A DNA stretch of 60,313 nt from a virus. Taxonomy: Duplodnaviria; Caudoviricetes. How positions within the stretch are numbered: position 1 is the first letter of the stretch; each line of letters starts with the position of its first letter. Shown in pieces: positions 28,499 through 38,345 of the stretch. The notes beneath the pieces were generated by a model. That model was not told the origin of the DNA. It saw only the letters and a program-made list of their open reading frames with translations, and made no database searches. Both the position numbers and the translations under genes were made by a program. The stretch lies in IMG/VR virus record IMGVR_UViG_3300006116_000003, positions 1 through 60,313 of that record. One strand, given 5' to 3'.

Positions 28499-31297
28499 AT
28501 GGCATATTCGAGCCTCAAGCTTCTGCCCGGCGTCAACGAGAACACGACGCCGGCCCTCAATGAAGCTGGCATTTCCTATAGCAACCTGATCCGGTTCATC
28601 TCTGATGGCCACAACGGCGCGCTGCCGCAGAAGCTGGGTGGGTGGACGGCCTACTACCAGAGCTCGACCTCGCCGATTGCGATGGCCTCGATCACCCGCG
28701 CCCTCTGGCCGTGGGAGGACACGAACGCGGTCACCCACCTCGCCGTGGGCATGCAGAGCTACGCCAACAACACCTCGAACAATGCGACCTTCACCGCGAC
28801 CATCGCGGCCAGTTCGTCGTCGCTCGTGGTCAGCAGCGTCTCGAGCGGCACGATCTACGTCGGCATGACTCTGGGGACGATCACCGGCGGCACCTTCTCT
28901 TCGCCAACCACAGTCACGATCACGGGGCAGGTGTCGGGCACCTCTGGCGGCGCTGGCACGTACTCGCTGAGCCAGACCAATACCGGCGGCGGCTCGGCCT
29001 CGGTGACGACCGCGGCGGTGTACACCAACAACGCCCTGCTGAACGTCATCACCAACGGCTCGATGTTGTCGAAGACGCCGCGATACATTGCCGACAACGT
29101 GACCCCGACCGTCTCCTCGACGGCCGGCAGTACCTATTTCGTCATCACCGACAGCACGACGACCGGCATCACCCAGTACGACACGGTCTACATCGCCACC
29201 CCGATTGCGGTCGCTGGCGTGGTGCTGTTCGGCCTCTACGCGTGCGACCCGAACGGCTACCTGAGCAGCACCCAGTACACCATCCAAGCCGCGAACATTC
29301 TGGGTTCGCCGCAGGCGGCCACGCTGACAGCCGCGACCTCGAGCTTCACCGCCTCGATCACCGGCGGCGTGATGACCGTCACAGGCTCTCCTACGGGTAC
29401 CATTCAGGTCGGCCAGACCCTCTCGGGCACTGGCGTCCCGGCCGGCACCGTGATCCTGTCGGGCAGCGGCACTTCGTGGACCGTCAACACCTCCACGGCC
29501 GTCTCGAGCACGACCATCACCGGCGCCCCTGTGACGCTGCCGCTGTTCACCGTGGCGTCGGGATCCTCGAGCGTCACCGTGACGCTGCCGAACCACGGTT
29601 ATAGCGTCGGATCGACCTTCCCCGTCCTCGCCTCGACCACCGTGGCCGGCGTGACCTTCTACGGGAACTATGTCGTCACGTCGGTGATCGATACGGCCGA
29701 CTTCACCATCGCGCCGAACTTCACCCCCGCCTCAAGCGGCACGGGCTATCTGAACAACGGCAACGCCCTCTACATCTATGGCTACGGCGTTGGATCGACC
29801 CCGACGACGACCGGTTACGGCATCGGCGGCTATGGCTCGGGCGGCTACGGCACCGGCTCGAGCGTCGTCGCCTCGACGGGCTACGCAATCCCGGCCGTGG
29901 ACTGGACGCTGGACAACTGGGGCGAGATCCTCGTGGCCTGCCCGATCATGCCTTCGACGCAGAACATCGCTTGCGCGTCGTTCTCGGGCACCGGTTCGGT
30001 CGGCGCCATCACGCTCTCGCAGTACCTTGCCTCGCCGATCCCGGTCGGCTCGCAGATCACGCTGTCTGGCTGGTCTCCGAGCAGCCTGAACACCGTCCAG
30101 ACGGTGACTGCATCGACCACCAATACCATCAGCTTCTCGACCACCACGACCACCGCCACCGTTGTGGGGACCGTGACGTGGAGCACCGCGCCTTACCAGC
30201 CGATCTATCAGTGGAACCCGCTTTCCTCGTCATCGACGGCGACGGTCATCCCGAACGCTCCGCCGGTCAACGACGGAATGTTCGTTGCGATGCCTCAGCG
30301 CCAGATCATTGCTTGGGGTTCGACCTTCACCGGCATTCAAGATCCGCTGCTGATCCGCTGGTGCGACGTCAACAACTTCAACTCATGGGTTGGCACGGTC
30401 ACGAATCAGGCCGGCTCGTACCGCCTGCCCAAGGGGTCGAAAATCGTCGGCGCGATGCAGGGTCCGCAGCAGGGCCTTGTCTGGACCGACCTCAACCTCT
30501 GGGCGATGCAGTACGTCGGCCAGCCGTATGTCTATAGCTTCAACGAGATCGGCTCGAACTGCGGCCTGATCGCGCGCAAGGCCGCTGGGTCGCTGAACGG
30601 CGTGGTCTACTGGATGGGGCCGACGCAGTTTTACAGGCTGTCTGGCGGCGGCGTTGAGCCGATCCTGTGCCCGATCTGGGACGTGATCTTCCAAGAGCTG
30701 GACAACAGCAACAACGGCGCGAACCTATACAAGATCCGCACTGCGGTGAATGCCCGCTTCGAAGAGATCACATGGTACTACCCGACCGTGTCGTCGGGCG
30801 GCGAGGTCACGGCCTACGCCAAGTACAATTCCGCGCTCAACATCTGGGACTATGGCACCCTTGGCCGGTCGGCGTGGATCGACCAGTCGGTTCTCGGCGC
30901 CCCCATCGGCGCGGATCCCCAGAGTCTTTACCTTTATCAGCACGAGACATCGAACGACGCGGCCGGCACGGCCATGCAGTCTTCGCTGCAGACGGGTTAT
31001 TTTGCTATCTCAGAGAGTGATGAAAAGGCCTATGTCGATCAGGTCCGCCCGGACATGAAGTGGGGCTTCTTCGGCGGCAGCCAGAACGCAACGGTCAACC
31101 TGACTTTCTACGTGGCCGACTATGCCGGCCAGACGCCGCAGGTCTACGGCCCCTACGCGGTGACGCAAAGCACCCAGTACATCTCGCCGCGCTTCCGCGG
31201 ACGTCTGGTCTCCGTCGGCGTTTCAAGCAACGACGTTGGTTCTTTTTGGCGACTTGGTAATATCCGCTACCGCGTGACGCAGGATGGGAAGTTCTGA
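28499..31297 (+). CDS. Tail nozzle / DNA-stabilisation protein (P22 gp10, T7 gp12-like) with beta inserts
   Basis: WTLDNWGE, DPLLIRWCD, WTD..LWAMQY, propeller-like; C-terminal WRLG..R....DG. Confidence 0.75.
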   Translation: MAYSSLKLLPGVNENTTPALNEAGISYSNLIRFISDGHNGALPQKLGGWTAYYQSSTSPIAMASITRALWPWEDTNAVTHLAVGMQSYANNTSNNATFTATIAASSSSLVVSSVSSGTIYVGMTLGTITGGTFSSPTTVTITGQVSGTSGGAGTYSLSQTNTGGGSASVTTAAVYTNNALLNVITNGSMLSKTPRYIADNVTPTVSSTAGSTYFVITDSTTTGITQYDTVYIATPIAVAGVVLFGLYACDPNGYLSSTQYTIQAANILGSPQAATLTAATSSFTASITGGVMTVTGSPTGTIQVGQTLSGTGVPAGTVILSGSGTSWTVNTSTAVSSTTITGAPVTLPLFTVASGSSSVTVTLPNHGYSVGSTFPVLASTTVAGVTFYGNYVVTSVIDTADFTIAPNFTPASSGTGYLNNGNALYIYGYGVGSTPTTTGYGIGGYGSGGYGTGSSVVASTGYAIPAVDWTLDNWGEILVACPIMPSTQNIACASFSGTGSVGAITLSQYLASPIPVGSQITLSGWSPSSLNTVQTVTASTTNTISFSTTTTTATVVGTVTWSTAPYQPIYQWNPLSSSSTATVIPNAPPVNDGMFVAMPQRQIIAWGSTFTGIQDPLLIRWCDVNNFNSWVGTVTNQAGSYRLPKGSKIVGAMQGPQQGLVWTDLNLWAMQYVGQPYVYSFNEIGSNCGLIARKAAGSLNGVVYWMGPTQFYRLSGGGVEPILCPIWDVIFQELDNSNNGANLYKIRTAVNARFEEITWYYPTVSSGGEVTAYAKYNSALNIWDYGTLGRSAWIDQSVLGAPIGADPQSLYLYQHETSNDAAGTAMQSSLQTGYFAISESDEKAYVDQVRPDMKWGFFGGSQNATVNLTFYVADYAGQTPQVYGPYAVTQSTQYISPRFRGRLVSVGVSSNDVGSFWRLGNIRYRVTQDGKF

Positions 31298-31713
31298 TGA
31301 CGGCATCGGTTACAGATATTCTGACCGCGATGAAGAACGTGGTGGTCGCTTTGTCAAACATCGCGACCAATGTTCTTTCGCTGTACAACAACATCGCCAC
31401 CGTTTCTCTTTTCGAGGGCGCTGCGACTACTTCGACATCGGTCCTGTACACTGCGAATAGTGCGACAAATTCGCATGTGAATACGATCAACATCTGCAAC
31501 ACGGCCGGAACCTCGGCGACGTTTTCGCTGTACATCGTCCCCTCGGGCGGCACGCCTTCGGCCTCGAACGCGATCTTCTACAACTGCCAGATCTTGGCCA
31601 GCACGACCACGCTCTGGACTGGCGTTTTGGTGATCCCCACCGGCGGCACGCTGCAGGGCAGCGCCTCGGCCGCCACGGTAACGTTCTCGATTGCTGGGGG
31701 CAGCGCAACATGA
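31297..31713 (+). CDS. Tail-associated structural protein
   Basis: Coupled to nozzle; beta-rich. Confidence 0.65.
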   Translation: MTASVTDILTAMKNVVVALSNIATNVLSLYNNIATVSLFEGAATTSTSVLYTANSATNSHVNTINICNTAGTSATFSLYIVPSGGTPSASNAIFYNCQILASTTTLWTGVLVIPTGGTLQGSASAATVTFSIAGGSAT

Positions 31714-32489
31714 GTATTACCTCATTTCCTCCCGCACCGGTCTCGACGTCCAGCTCAGTCGCGGCACCTTGGTACATGCAGGTGGCCCGCGGCCTCGTCC
31801 CCGGCTGCTCGGAGGTCAATATCTATGGCTTTCAGAGCGCGTTGCCCTCCAGCAGCGGCGCAACCTATTACCCGGTCTGGGAAAACGCGACCGCGTACAC
31901 ATATCCCGCATCGGCTACGACTATGCTCTTGTGGTCGTCGTCGGCGTCTGACACCAACGTGTCGATTCTGATCCAAGGCCTCGATGCTTCGTACAATCAA
32001 ATTTCCGAAACGCTGACGTTGACCAACGGAACGACGGGCGTGACAACGGTCAACAGTTACCTGCGGATCAATGGCATCCAAACCTCTGGTTCCGTCAACG
32101 CGGTCGGCACCATCAACCTCGGCAATGCCGGGAAAACAGTTCAATACGCCGAAATCACGGTCGGCAATGGCAAGAGCCAGATGATGGTGTACACCGTGCC
32201 GAATGGGTACACCTTTTACCTGACGCGCTCGAACGCCTACTCCAGCCTGAACGGCAACACCGCAGGAAACTACGCCAATTACCGCGTGCAGACCTTCACC
32301 TCGACAGGCCTCGTCCAGACGGTACTGCAGGCCCCGTTCACAACCAACTACCAGACTCTTCGCGTCTCTCCTCGGGCGTACCCGCAAAAAACCGACATTC
32401 AATGGCAGGCTGCGGGCAATCCCGCTTCCGGCACCTTTTCTGTCGGCATCGGCGTCGAGGGCGTCCTGATCTCCAACACGGCCGCATAA
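31710..32489 (+). CDS. Virion structural protein
   Basis: Coupled ORF; S/T-rich. Confidence 0.65.
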   Translation: MSITSFPPAPVSTSSSVAAPWYMQVARGLVPGCSEVNIYGFQSALPSSSGATYYPVWENATAYTYPASATTMLLWSSSASDTNVSILIQGLDASYNQISETLTLTNGTTGVTTVNSYLRINGIQTSGSVNAVGTINLGNAGKTVQYAEITVGNGKSQMMVYTVPNGYTFYLTRSNAYSSLNGNTAGNYANYRVQTFTSTGLVQTVLQAPFTTNYQTLRVSPRAYPQKTDIQWQAAGNPASGTFSVGIGVEGVLISNTAA

Positions 32490-32499
32490 GGAACACGTC

Positions 32500-33102
32500 A
32501 TGCCTCTCAAGAAGGGCTCAAGCCAGAAGACCATCAGCAAGAACATCGCCGAGATGGTTCGCGCCGGTCACCCGCAAAATCAGGCGGTGGCGGCAGCCCT
32601 GAACGTGGCGCGCAAGGGCCGCGCGGCGGGCGGCGGCATGCCCGACGACAGCCAAGAGGGCACAAGCTCTCAGACCGTGCATGTCGGCCCGATCCACAGC
32701 TCCGTGGCTGGCCGGACAGACCACCTGCCGATGCACGTCCCTTCGGGCTCTTACGTGATCCCCGCCGACATCGTCTCGGCCGCAGGTGAGGGCAACACGA
32801 TGGCCGGCTTCCGCGTCATGCGTCGGATCTTCGGCGGCATCCCCTACAGTGGCAAGGCGATGCCCTATGGCCAGTCAAGCTCCCCGTACAATGAGCCGCT
32901 GCCCGGCAAGGCCGCAGGCGGCGTTGCGACAGTCCCGATTGTGGCCGCTGGCGGCGAGCACGTCGTTTCGCCTGAGCAGGTGATGCGCATCGGCGACGGC
33001 GACATGGAAACTGGGCACCGAGTGCTCGACGAATTTGTGAAGCGCATGCGCAAGGAGACTGTGAAGACCCTGCAGAACCTGCCCGGACCGAAGAAAGACT
33101 GA
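32500..33102 (+). CDS. Hypothetical protein with AxGG and GxYVIP-type modules
   Basis: [16 protein letters not shown]..; [17 protein letters not shown]; [10 protein letters not shown]. Confidence 0.7.
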   Translation: MPLKKGSSQKTISKNIAEMVRAGHPQNQAVAAALNVARKGRAAGGGMPDDSQEGTSSQTVHVGPIHSSVAGRTDHLPMHVPSGSYVIPADIVSAAGEGNTMAGFRVMRRIFGGIPYSGKAMPYGQSSSPYNEPLPGKAAGGVATVPIVAAGGEHVVSPEQVMRIGDGDMETGHRVLDEFVKRMRKETVKTLQNLPGPKKD

Positions 33103-33107
33103 TATAT

Positions 33108-33608
33108 TTGGAGATGAAAATGACTACTTCTTATGACGATATTGTCGTCCGAGTGGGGACGCCTGAAGACTTGAATCAAATTGTCGAGATCGCGCTCCAA
33201 GGCGCAGAAGAAAATGCTTTCGTGAAGTCGAACCCAGAGAAGCTGATCGAAGACTTCTGGCACGGTTTGGTCCAAGATCACGGGATTGTCGGAGTCATCG
33301 GCAAGCCCGGAGATATTATTGAAGGCGTGGTACTTCTACGCCTCGGCACAATGTGGTATTCGGATGTGCCGGTGATCGAGGAAAAGGCGGTTTTTATTCG
33401 CCCCGAGTACAGAAGTGCAAAGGGTGGAAGGGCTCGGAGACTTTGTGAGTTCTCCAAGCAAGTCGCAGATTCTCTTGGTCTACCCTTGATCATCGGGGTG
33501 GTGTCGAACCAGCGTACTGAAGCAAAAATTCGCCTTTACAGGCGACAGTTTGGTGAACCGGCCGGGGCGTTCTTCCTTTACGGGGCGAAGACCGGGGAAC
33601 TGCAGTGA
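33108..33608 (+). CDS. GNAT-family acetyltransferase
   Basis: VFIRPEYR..GGRARRL motif A; precedes ejection proteins; true start may be 33114 or 33120. Confidence 0.75.
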   Translation: MEMKMTTSYDDIVVRVGTPEDLNQIVEIALQGAEENAFVKSNPEKLIEDFWHGLVQDHGIVGVIGKPGDIIEGVVLLRLGTMWYSDVPVIEEKAVFIRPEYRSAKGGRARRLCEFSKQVADSLGLPLIIGVVSNQRTEAKIRLYRRQFGEPAGAFFLYGAKTGELQ

Positions 33609-33622
33609 CGGAGAAGTAAGTA

Positions 33623-36600
33623 ATGTGCGGTAAGTCGTCACAGAGTACACAGACGGTCTCGATTCCGCCAGAGGTGCTTGCCCAGTACCGGGCCGTCACT
33701 GAGCGCGCCAATCAGATCGATCAGCAGGCGTTCCAGCCGTACTCGAACGACCCGAACGACTTTGTCGCGCCGCTCAATCAGACCCAGAACTACGGCATTG
33801 CCAACACAAACGCCGCGGCCAATCAGGCTCAGCCCTATTACGGGGCGGCCACCAACTACGCGCTTGCTGGCGGCAATGCCGTTAATCCCACCCAAATCGG
33901 CGCGCAGCAGATCGGCCAGTACATGAACCCCTTCTTGGGGACTGTGGTCGGCAACACCGCCGCGCTACTCAACCAGCAGCAGCAGGCCCAGATGTCGGGC
34001 CAAACCGGCAACGCCATTCAGCAGGGTGCCTTCGGCGGCGACCGCGCGGGCATCGCCGCGGCGAACCTCGCAGGCCAGCAGCAGTTGGCCTTTGGCAACG
34101 CTATCTCGCCGCTGCTGACGCAGGGCTACAACACCGCGCTGCAGACAGCTCTGCAGCAGCAGGGCGTCGATCTTGGCGCTCAGCAGGCGAACCGTCAGGC
34201 CCTGCAGCAGACCGCTTCCGCGCTTGCCGGCCTTGGTGCTGGCGCGCAGACGGCTGCCTTGCAGGGTGCGCAGGCCCAGCTTTCGGCTGGTCAGGTGCAG
34301 CAGCAGACCGAACAGGCCGGCAAGACCGCGCTATACAGCCAGCATCAGCAGGCAGTGTCCCTGCCTTACCAGCAGCTCCAGCAGCAGGCGAACATCTCGG
34401 AAGGCATCGGCGCGAACTCCGGATCGACCACGACCGGATCGTCGGAGCTCTCGGACCGTCGCGCCAAGCACGACGTGCACGAGATTGGCCGCACCTTCGA
34501 CGGCCAGCCGATCTACAACTTCAAGTACAACGGCGACGACCGTACCCAGATCGGCCTCATGGCTCAGGATGTCGAAAAGCATCATCCCGAAGCCGTGGGG
34601 CTTGCTGGCGGCATGAAGACCGTCGATTACGGCAAGGCGACCCACGACGCTGCTCGCCGTGGCCACTTCGCCAACGGCGGCCTCGCCGGCAACAGTGAAG
34701 GCGGGATGGTCCACATGGGCCACATGGGCGAAGGCTACGCTGGCGGCGGCATGGCCGAGCCAATGGGCTACGGCTCGTCGCCTTTCGTTGGCTACGACCC
34801 GACAGCAGCCTATCAGTCGCTCTACGGCGGCCTGCTGGGGCATCAGGGCGGTATGGGCGCGCAGGGCGGCTTCAGCATCCCGACCGGCTCCCCCGGCCGT
34901 GCCCAGTTGGTTACTCCGAGCATGAAAATGCCGGAGCTGCCGAGCGCAGGCGACGAGGCCAAGAAGGCGGCCGACACGGCCATTGCCTTGGGTAAGCTCG
35001 GCAACGATGCGCACCTGTTCCACTTTGGCAACGCCGAGGACCGGAACTGGACAAGCAAGCCCTCTGTCTCGTCGGGTGTGGCTGGCTCGAAGCTCGTCAA
35101 TTCGATGGCCCCGATCATCGCCCGCAACAACGCCGCTCTTTCTTCGGAAGCGAACAGCAGCGGCATCGGCGCGAAAAGCACAGAGAACCCCGAAGCCACC
35201 ACGGACTCCGGCACGGACTCGCTCGGGTCGGAAAGTGCGGACATTTCGTTCGAAAAGCGTGGCGGCCGTATCGGGTTCGGCCTTGGCGGCGGCATGCCCT
35301 ATGCCGGATCCACAGAAACCGACGTCCCGGACGAGAAGCTAGACGCCAACAAGCTCATGCAGGCCGATCCGTCGGGCCTTGCCAAGCCCGGCGGCGGCGG
35401 CGCGAGCGGCCTGCTCGGCGCGGCCGGCTCGCTGGCCTCGCTGATCCCCGGCGGGCAGGCTATTGGGTCCGCGCTTGGCGCTGGCAGCAAGATTGCTGGA
35501 TTGCTCGCCTTTGCGCACGGCGGCTCCGCTGGTGACGGCGGTGACGACGAAGAGTCGGGCGACTTTGTTCCGAAGAAGGAAGACATCCCAGACGACAACC
35601 CGCATGCGCAGCTCAATGTTCCCCCGCTCAATATGCCGAAGCCCGACAGCGGGATGAGCGGCGCATCGCAGGGCCTTGGGGCTATGGCTGCGATCCTGCC
35701 GTTGCTCATGGCCGCCAAGAACGGTGGCGCCGTTGGATATGCTGAAGGCGGTGACGTTGGTGATGGTGATGACTCGCCTCTGCTGCGCAGCATCATGGGC
35801 CAGCTTTCCGGCGTCGATCAGGAAAAGTTTCTGGACGAGATGCAGGAAGACGGCGCGGCTCCGAAGCCCGAATCCGCGCCTATCGGCCTCGGCCCCAAGG
35901 ATGGTGGAAGCGCGCCGCTTCCGGCAGCCTCGGGCATCGCCCAAGGCCTGCGTGCGAAGATCATGAAGGGCGAAGGGACCGACAAGTTCACGAACCCATA
36001 CGACGTGGTCTATGGCGCGAACCCGCGGACAGGCCTGTCGCCGTATGCCAACCCGCACGACCATCTGAGCTCGATGCCGATTGGCGACGTGCAGGACTTT
36101 CAGCGTCAACTGATCGGTGCCACGAAGGGCAAGGTCCGCGGCCTCGGCCCCAATCTGGGGACCGGCGCTGTCGGTGCCTATCAGTTCACGCGCGATACGT
36201 TGGCCAATCTGGCGCATAAGCTCTACGGCGACAACTGGCGCTCGATGAAGTTCACCCCCGAGGTGCAAGACGCTCTGGCGGCTGAGCTGGCCCGTGAGCG
36301 CAATGGCCACCTCGCCGGCACTTGGGCGGCTTTCCGCAACGAAGGTCCTGAGGGCAAGGCCCTGCGCGCTCAGGCGGGCTACGCCTCGGGCGGCCTTGTT
36401 GGCCGTCACGGCTACGAAGAGGGCGGATCCCCGATCCGGACCGACGAAAATGGATACCTGATCGATCCGTCAGACTCCTCCGATGACTCCGAAGGGTACG
36501 GTGACGAGGGTTACACCCCGTCCGGGCAGATGGGCTCGAGTGAGTTCGCGAGCCCGTACAGCGAAAAGCTGGTCAATGACGCGCTGGATCAGGCGGGCGG

Positions 36601-38335
36601 CAACATCAATCAGAACATGACGGACGAGGCCGCGCAGGCCGATGCCGACACGCAGCGCCAGCTCCAGCCCTTCCTCACGAAGGCGGGGCGTGCGGCTGGG
36701 CAGCGCATCAATCAGATGGCCGATCAGGAGGGCATTCCCCGCGACCGTGGCGTCCTCGGCAACGTCCTGCACGGCAAGTTCATCAGCGGCCTTGGCAAGG
36801 GCGAGGCTGACTCGTGGCTTCCGCTGCTTGCCGGCATTGGTGCTTCGATGTCCGGCCCGTACCGCGGCATCGTTGGCCTCGGTCAGGGGCTGGCGGCCGG
36901 TGCCAAGACGGCGCAGGGCCTTCGCCAGTACGAGCTCGAAAACGACATCCGTCGTGGCCAGCTTGGCGTTGCGCAGCGGCAAGCTGACACAAACCGCCTG
37001 CATGTCCTCACGAACGCCGTGCCTCAGTTCATGAGCCGCTTCCGAGATGCAGGCAACGGGTACTTCTACGACCCGACAGGGCATTTTGCCGGATCCGGCC
37101 CGCTTGGTGCGAATGGACGTCCTATGCTTACCGCAGGCGAAATGGATCGCCTGCGCGGCAATTTCATCGACCAGATCGCCCGCAATTACCAAATGGACCC
37201 CACCCAAGTGTCGGCTGCGGCCGGCCTGAGCCCGGACGCTGGGCCGGGTGGCGGAGGGCTTATGCCGCCGACCCCAGCCCCGACTGGCGGCGCAACACCC
37301 GCACCCGACGCGGCCGCAACCCCCACGGGGCAGCCCACGCAGCACATCACCCGTCACCATCCGATGCGGAAGGCCGTCTCGGCTGGGCCAGCTTGGGCGG
37401 AGCCGAAGAACTACGCCACCGCGCCAGAGTACACGGACATGCCGGCAAGGACGCCGGGTGCCGCATATACCCCGGAAACGGACCCCGATGTCTTGCAGCG
37501 TCGTGCGAATTCGGGCGATCAGGGGGCTGCTGCCTTGCTGAACAGGTATCGCAGCGGTGACTTCGCCCCGATTGTTGCGAGCACGCAGCGCCCTGACAGC
37601 GCGTATACGTCTTGGGCTTCTGGCCTCAAGACCCAGCGGGCCAATGTCGATACCGACCGTCGTTCGGCAGTCGATTTCCGCAACGGCGCCAGCAACTACA
37701 AGACCGAGCGGGACGCTGTGGTCACGCCTTCCGATGCGTTCCTTGCCAGCGCCAAGGATCACGATCCCAGCCGCACTGGGCGCGGTCTGGTGTACCAGAT
37801 GAGCCGCGGCCTTTCGCCTTATGGGGTTGTCGGGGGTGAGGCCTCCAACATCACCGACGACGCTTCTGCCGCAAGGGCAATGGCGCAGGGCGCCGCTGGT
37901 ATTGCGCGCAAGTACGGCATCCCGTTCGCCACGCCCAATATGGACCCTGCCACGACTTCGGCGGGCTCGCTGTACTATGGCGTCATGCTCGAGCGCGCGG
38001 CCGCCAATGCCGCGCACCACAAGGCCGATACCTTCTATCACCACGACACCGCGCTTTCGGGGCAAGGTGGGATTGGGCAAATGTCGAAGTTCAACCGCGA
38101 ATGGGCTGCCGGGAACCCGGTCACCAAGTTCCTTGGTCAGGATGTGAGCCGCAACGGCTTCATCAAGGGGATGACGCCGCAGGAAAAGGCGCAGTACGTG
38201 CAGTACCTTCCGCCGGTTCCGAAAAACGGGACGCCTCGCAACGGGCTGTATCGGTTCAAGAACGGCCTTGTCGAATATGACAATGGCACACCTTACCCCG
38301 GCGGTAAGCCCGGCAGCCGCCTGATGGCAAACTGA
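33623..38335 (+). CDS. Large ejection (internal virion) protein with internal S74 chaperone and muramidase-like domains
   Basis: MCG start, Q/A-rich N-terminus, SDRRAK..IYNFKY..IGLMAQDVE..PEAV..VDYG, EG..YDVVYG..AVGAYQF..FTPEVQD. Confidence 0.75.
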   Translation: MCGKSSQSTQTVSIPPEVLAQYRAVTERANQIDQQAFQPYSNDPNDFVAPLNQTQNYGIANTNAAANQAQPYYGAATNYALAGGNAVNPTQIGAQQIGQYMNPFLGTVVGNTAALLNQQQQAQMSGQTGNAIQQGAFGGDRAGIAAANLAGQQQLAFGNAISPLLTQGYNTALQTALQQQGVDLGAQQANRQALQQTASALAGLGAGAQTAALQGAQAQLSAGQVQQQTEQAGKTALYSQHQQAVSLPYQQLQQQANISEGIGANSGSTTTGSSELSDRRAKHDVHEIGRTFDGQPIYNFKYNGDDRTQIGLMAQDVEKHHPEAVGLAGGMKTVDYGKATHDAARRGHFANGGLAGNSEGGMVHMGHMGEGYAGGGMAEPMGYGSSPFVGYDPTAAYQSLYGGLLGHQGGMGAQGGFSIPTGSPGRAQLVTPSMKMPELPSAGDEAKKAADTAIALGKLGNDAHLFHFGNAEDRNWTSKPSVSSGVAGSKLVNSMAPIIARNNAALSSEANSSGIGAKSTENPEATTDSGTDSLGSESADISFEKRGGRIGFGLGGGMPYAGSTETDVPDEKLDANKLMQADPSGLAKPGGGGASGLLGAAGSLASLIPGGQAIGSALGAGSKIAGLLAFAHGGSAGDGGDDEESGDFVPKKEDIPDDNPHAQLNVPPLNMPKPDSGMSGASQGLGAMAAILPLLMAAKNGGAVGYAEGGDVGDGDDSPLLRSIMGQLSGVDQEKFLDEMQEDGAAPKPESAPIGLGPKDGGSAPLPAASGIAQGLRAKIMKGEGTDKFTNPYDVVYGANPRTGLSPYANPHDHLSSMPIGDVQDFQRQLIGATKGKVRGLGPNLGTGAVGAYQFTRDTLANLAHKLYGDNWRSMKFTPEVQDALAAELARERNGHLAGTWAAFRNEGPEGKALRAQAGYASGGLVGRHGYEEGGSPIRTDENGYLIDPSDSSDDSEGYGDEGYTPSGQMGSSEFASPYSEKLVNDALDQAGGNINQNMTDEAAQADADTQRQLQPFLTKAGRAAGQRINQMADQEGIPRDRGVLGNVLHGKFISGLGKGEADSWLPLLAGIGASMSGPYRGIVGLGQGLAAGAKTAQGLRQYELENDIRRGQLGVAQRQADTNRLHVLTNAVPQFMSRFRDAGNGYFYDPTGHFAGSGPLGANGRPMLTAGEMDRLRGNFIDQIARNYQMDPTQVSAAAGLSPDAGPGGGGLMPPTPAPTGGATPAPDAAATPTGQPTQHITRHHPMRKAVSAGPAWAEPKNYATAPEYTDMPARTPGAAYTPETDPDVLQRRANSGDQGAAALLNRYRSGDFAPIVASTQRPDSAYTSWASGLKTQRANVDTDRRSAVDFRNGASNYKTERDAVVTPSDAFLASAKDHDPSRTGRGLVYQMSRGLSPYGVVGGEASNITDDASAARAMAQGAAGIARKYGIPFATPNMDPATTSAGSLYYGVMLERAAANAAHHKADTFYHHDTALSGQGGIGQMSKFNREWAAGNPVTKFLGQDVSRNGFIKGMTPQEKAQYVQYLPPVPKNGTPRNGLYRFKNGLVEYDNGTPYPGGKPGSRLMAN

Positions 38336-38345
38336 GGAAACAGCC

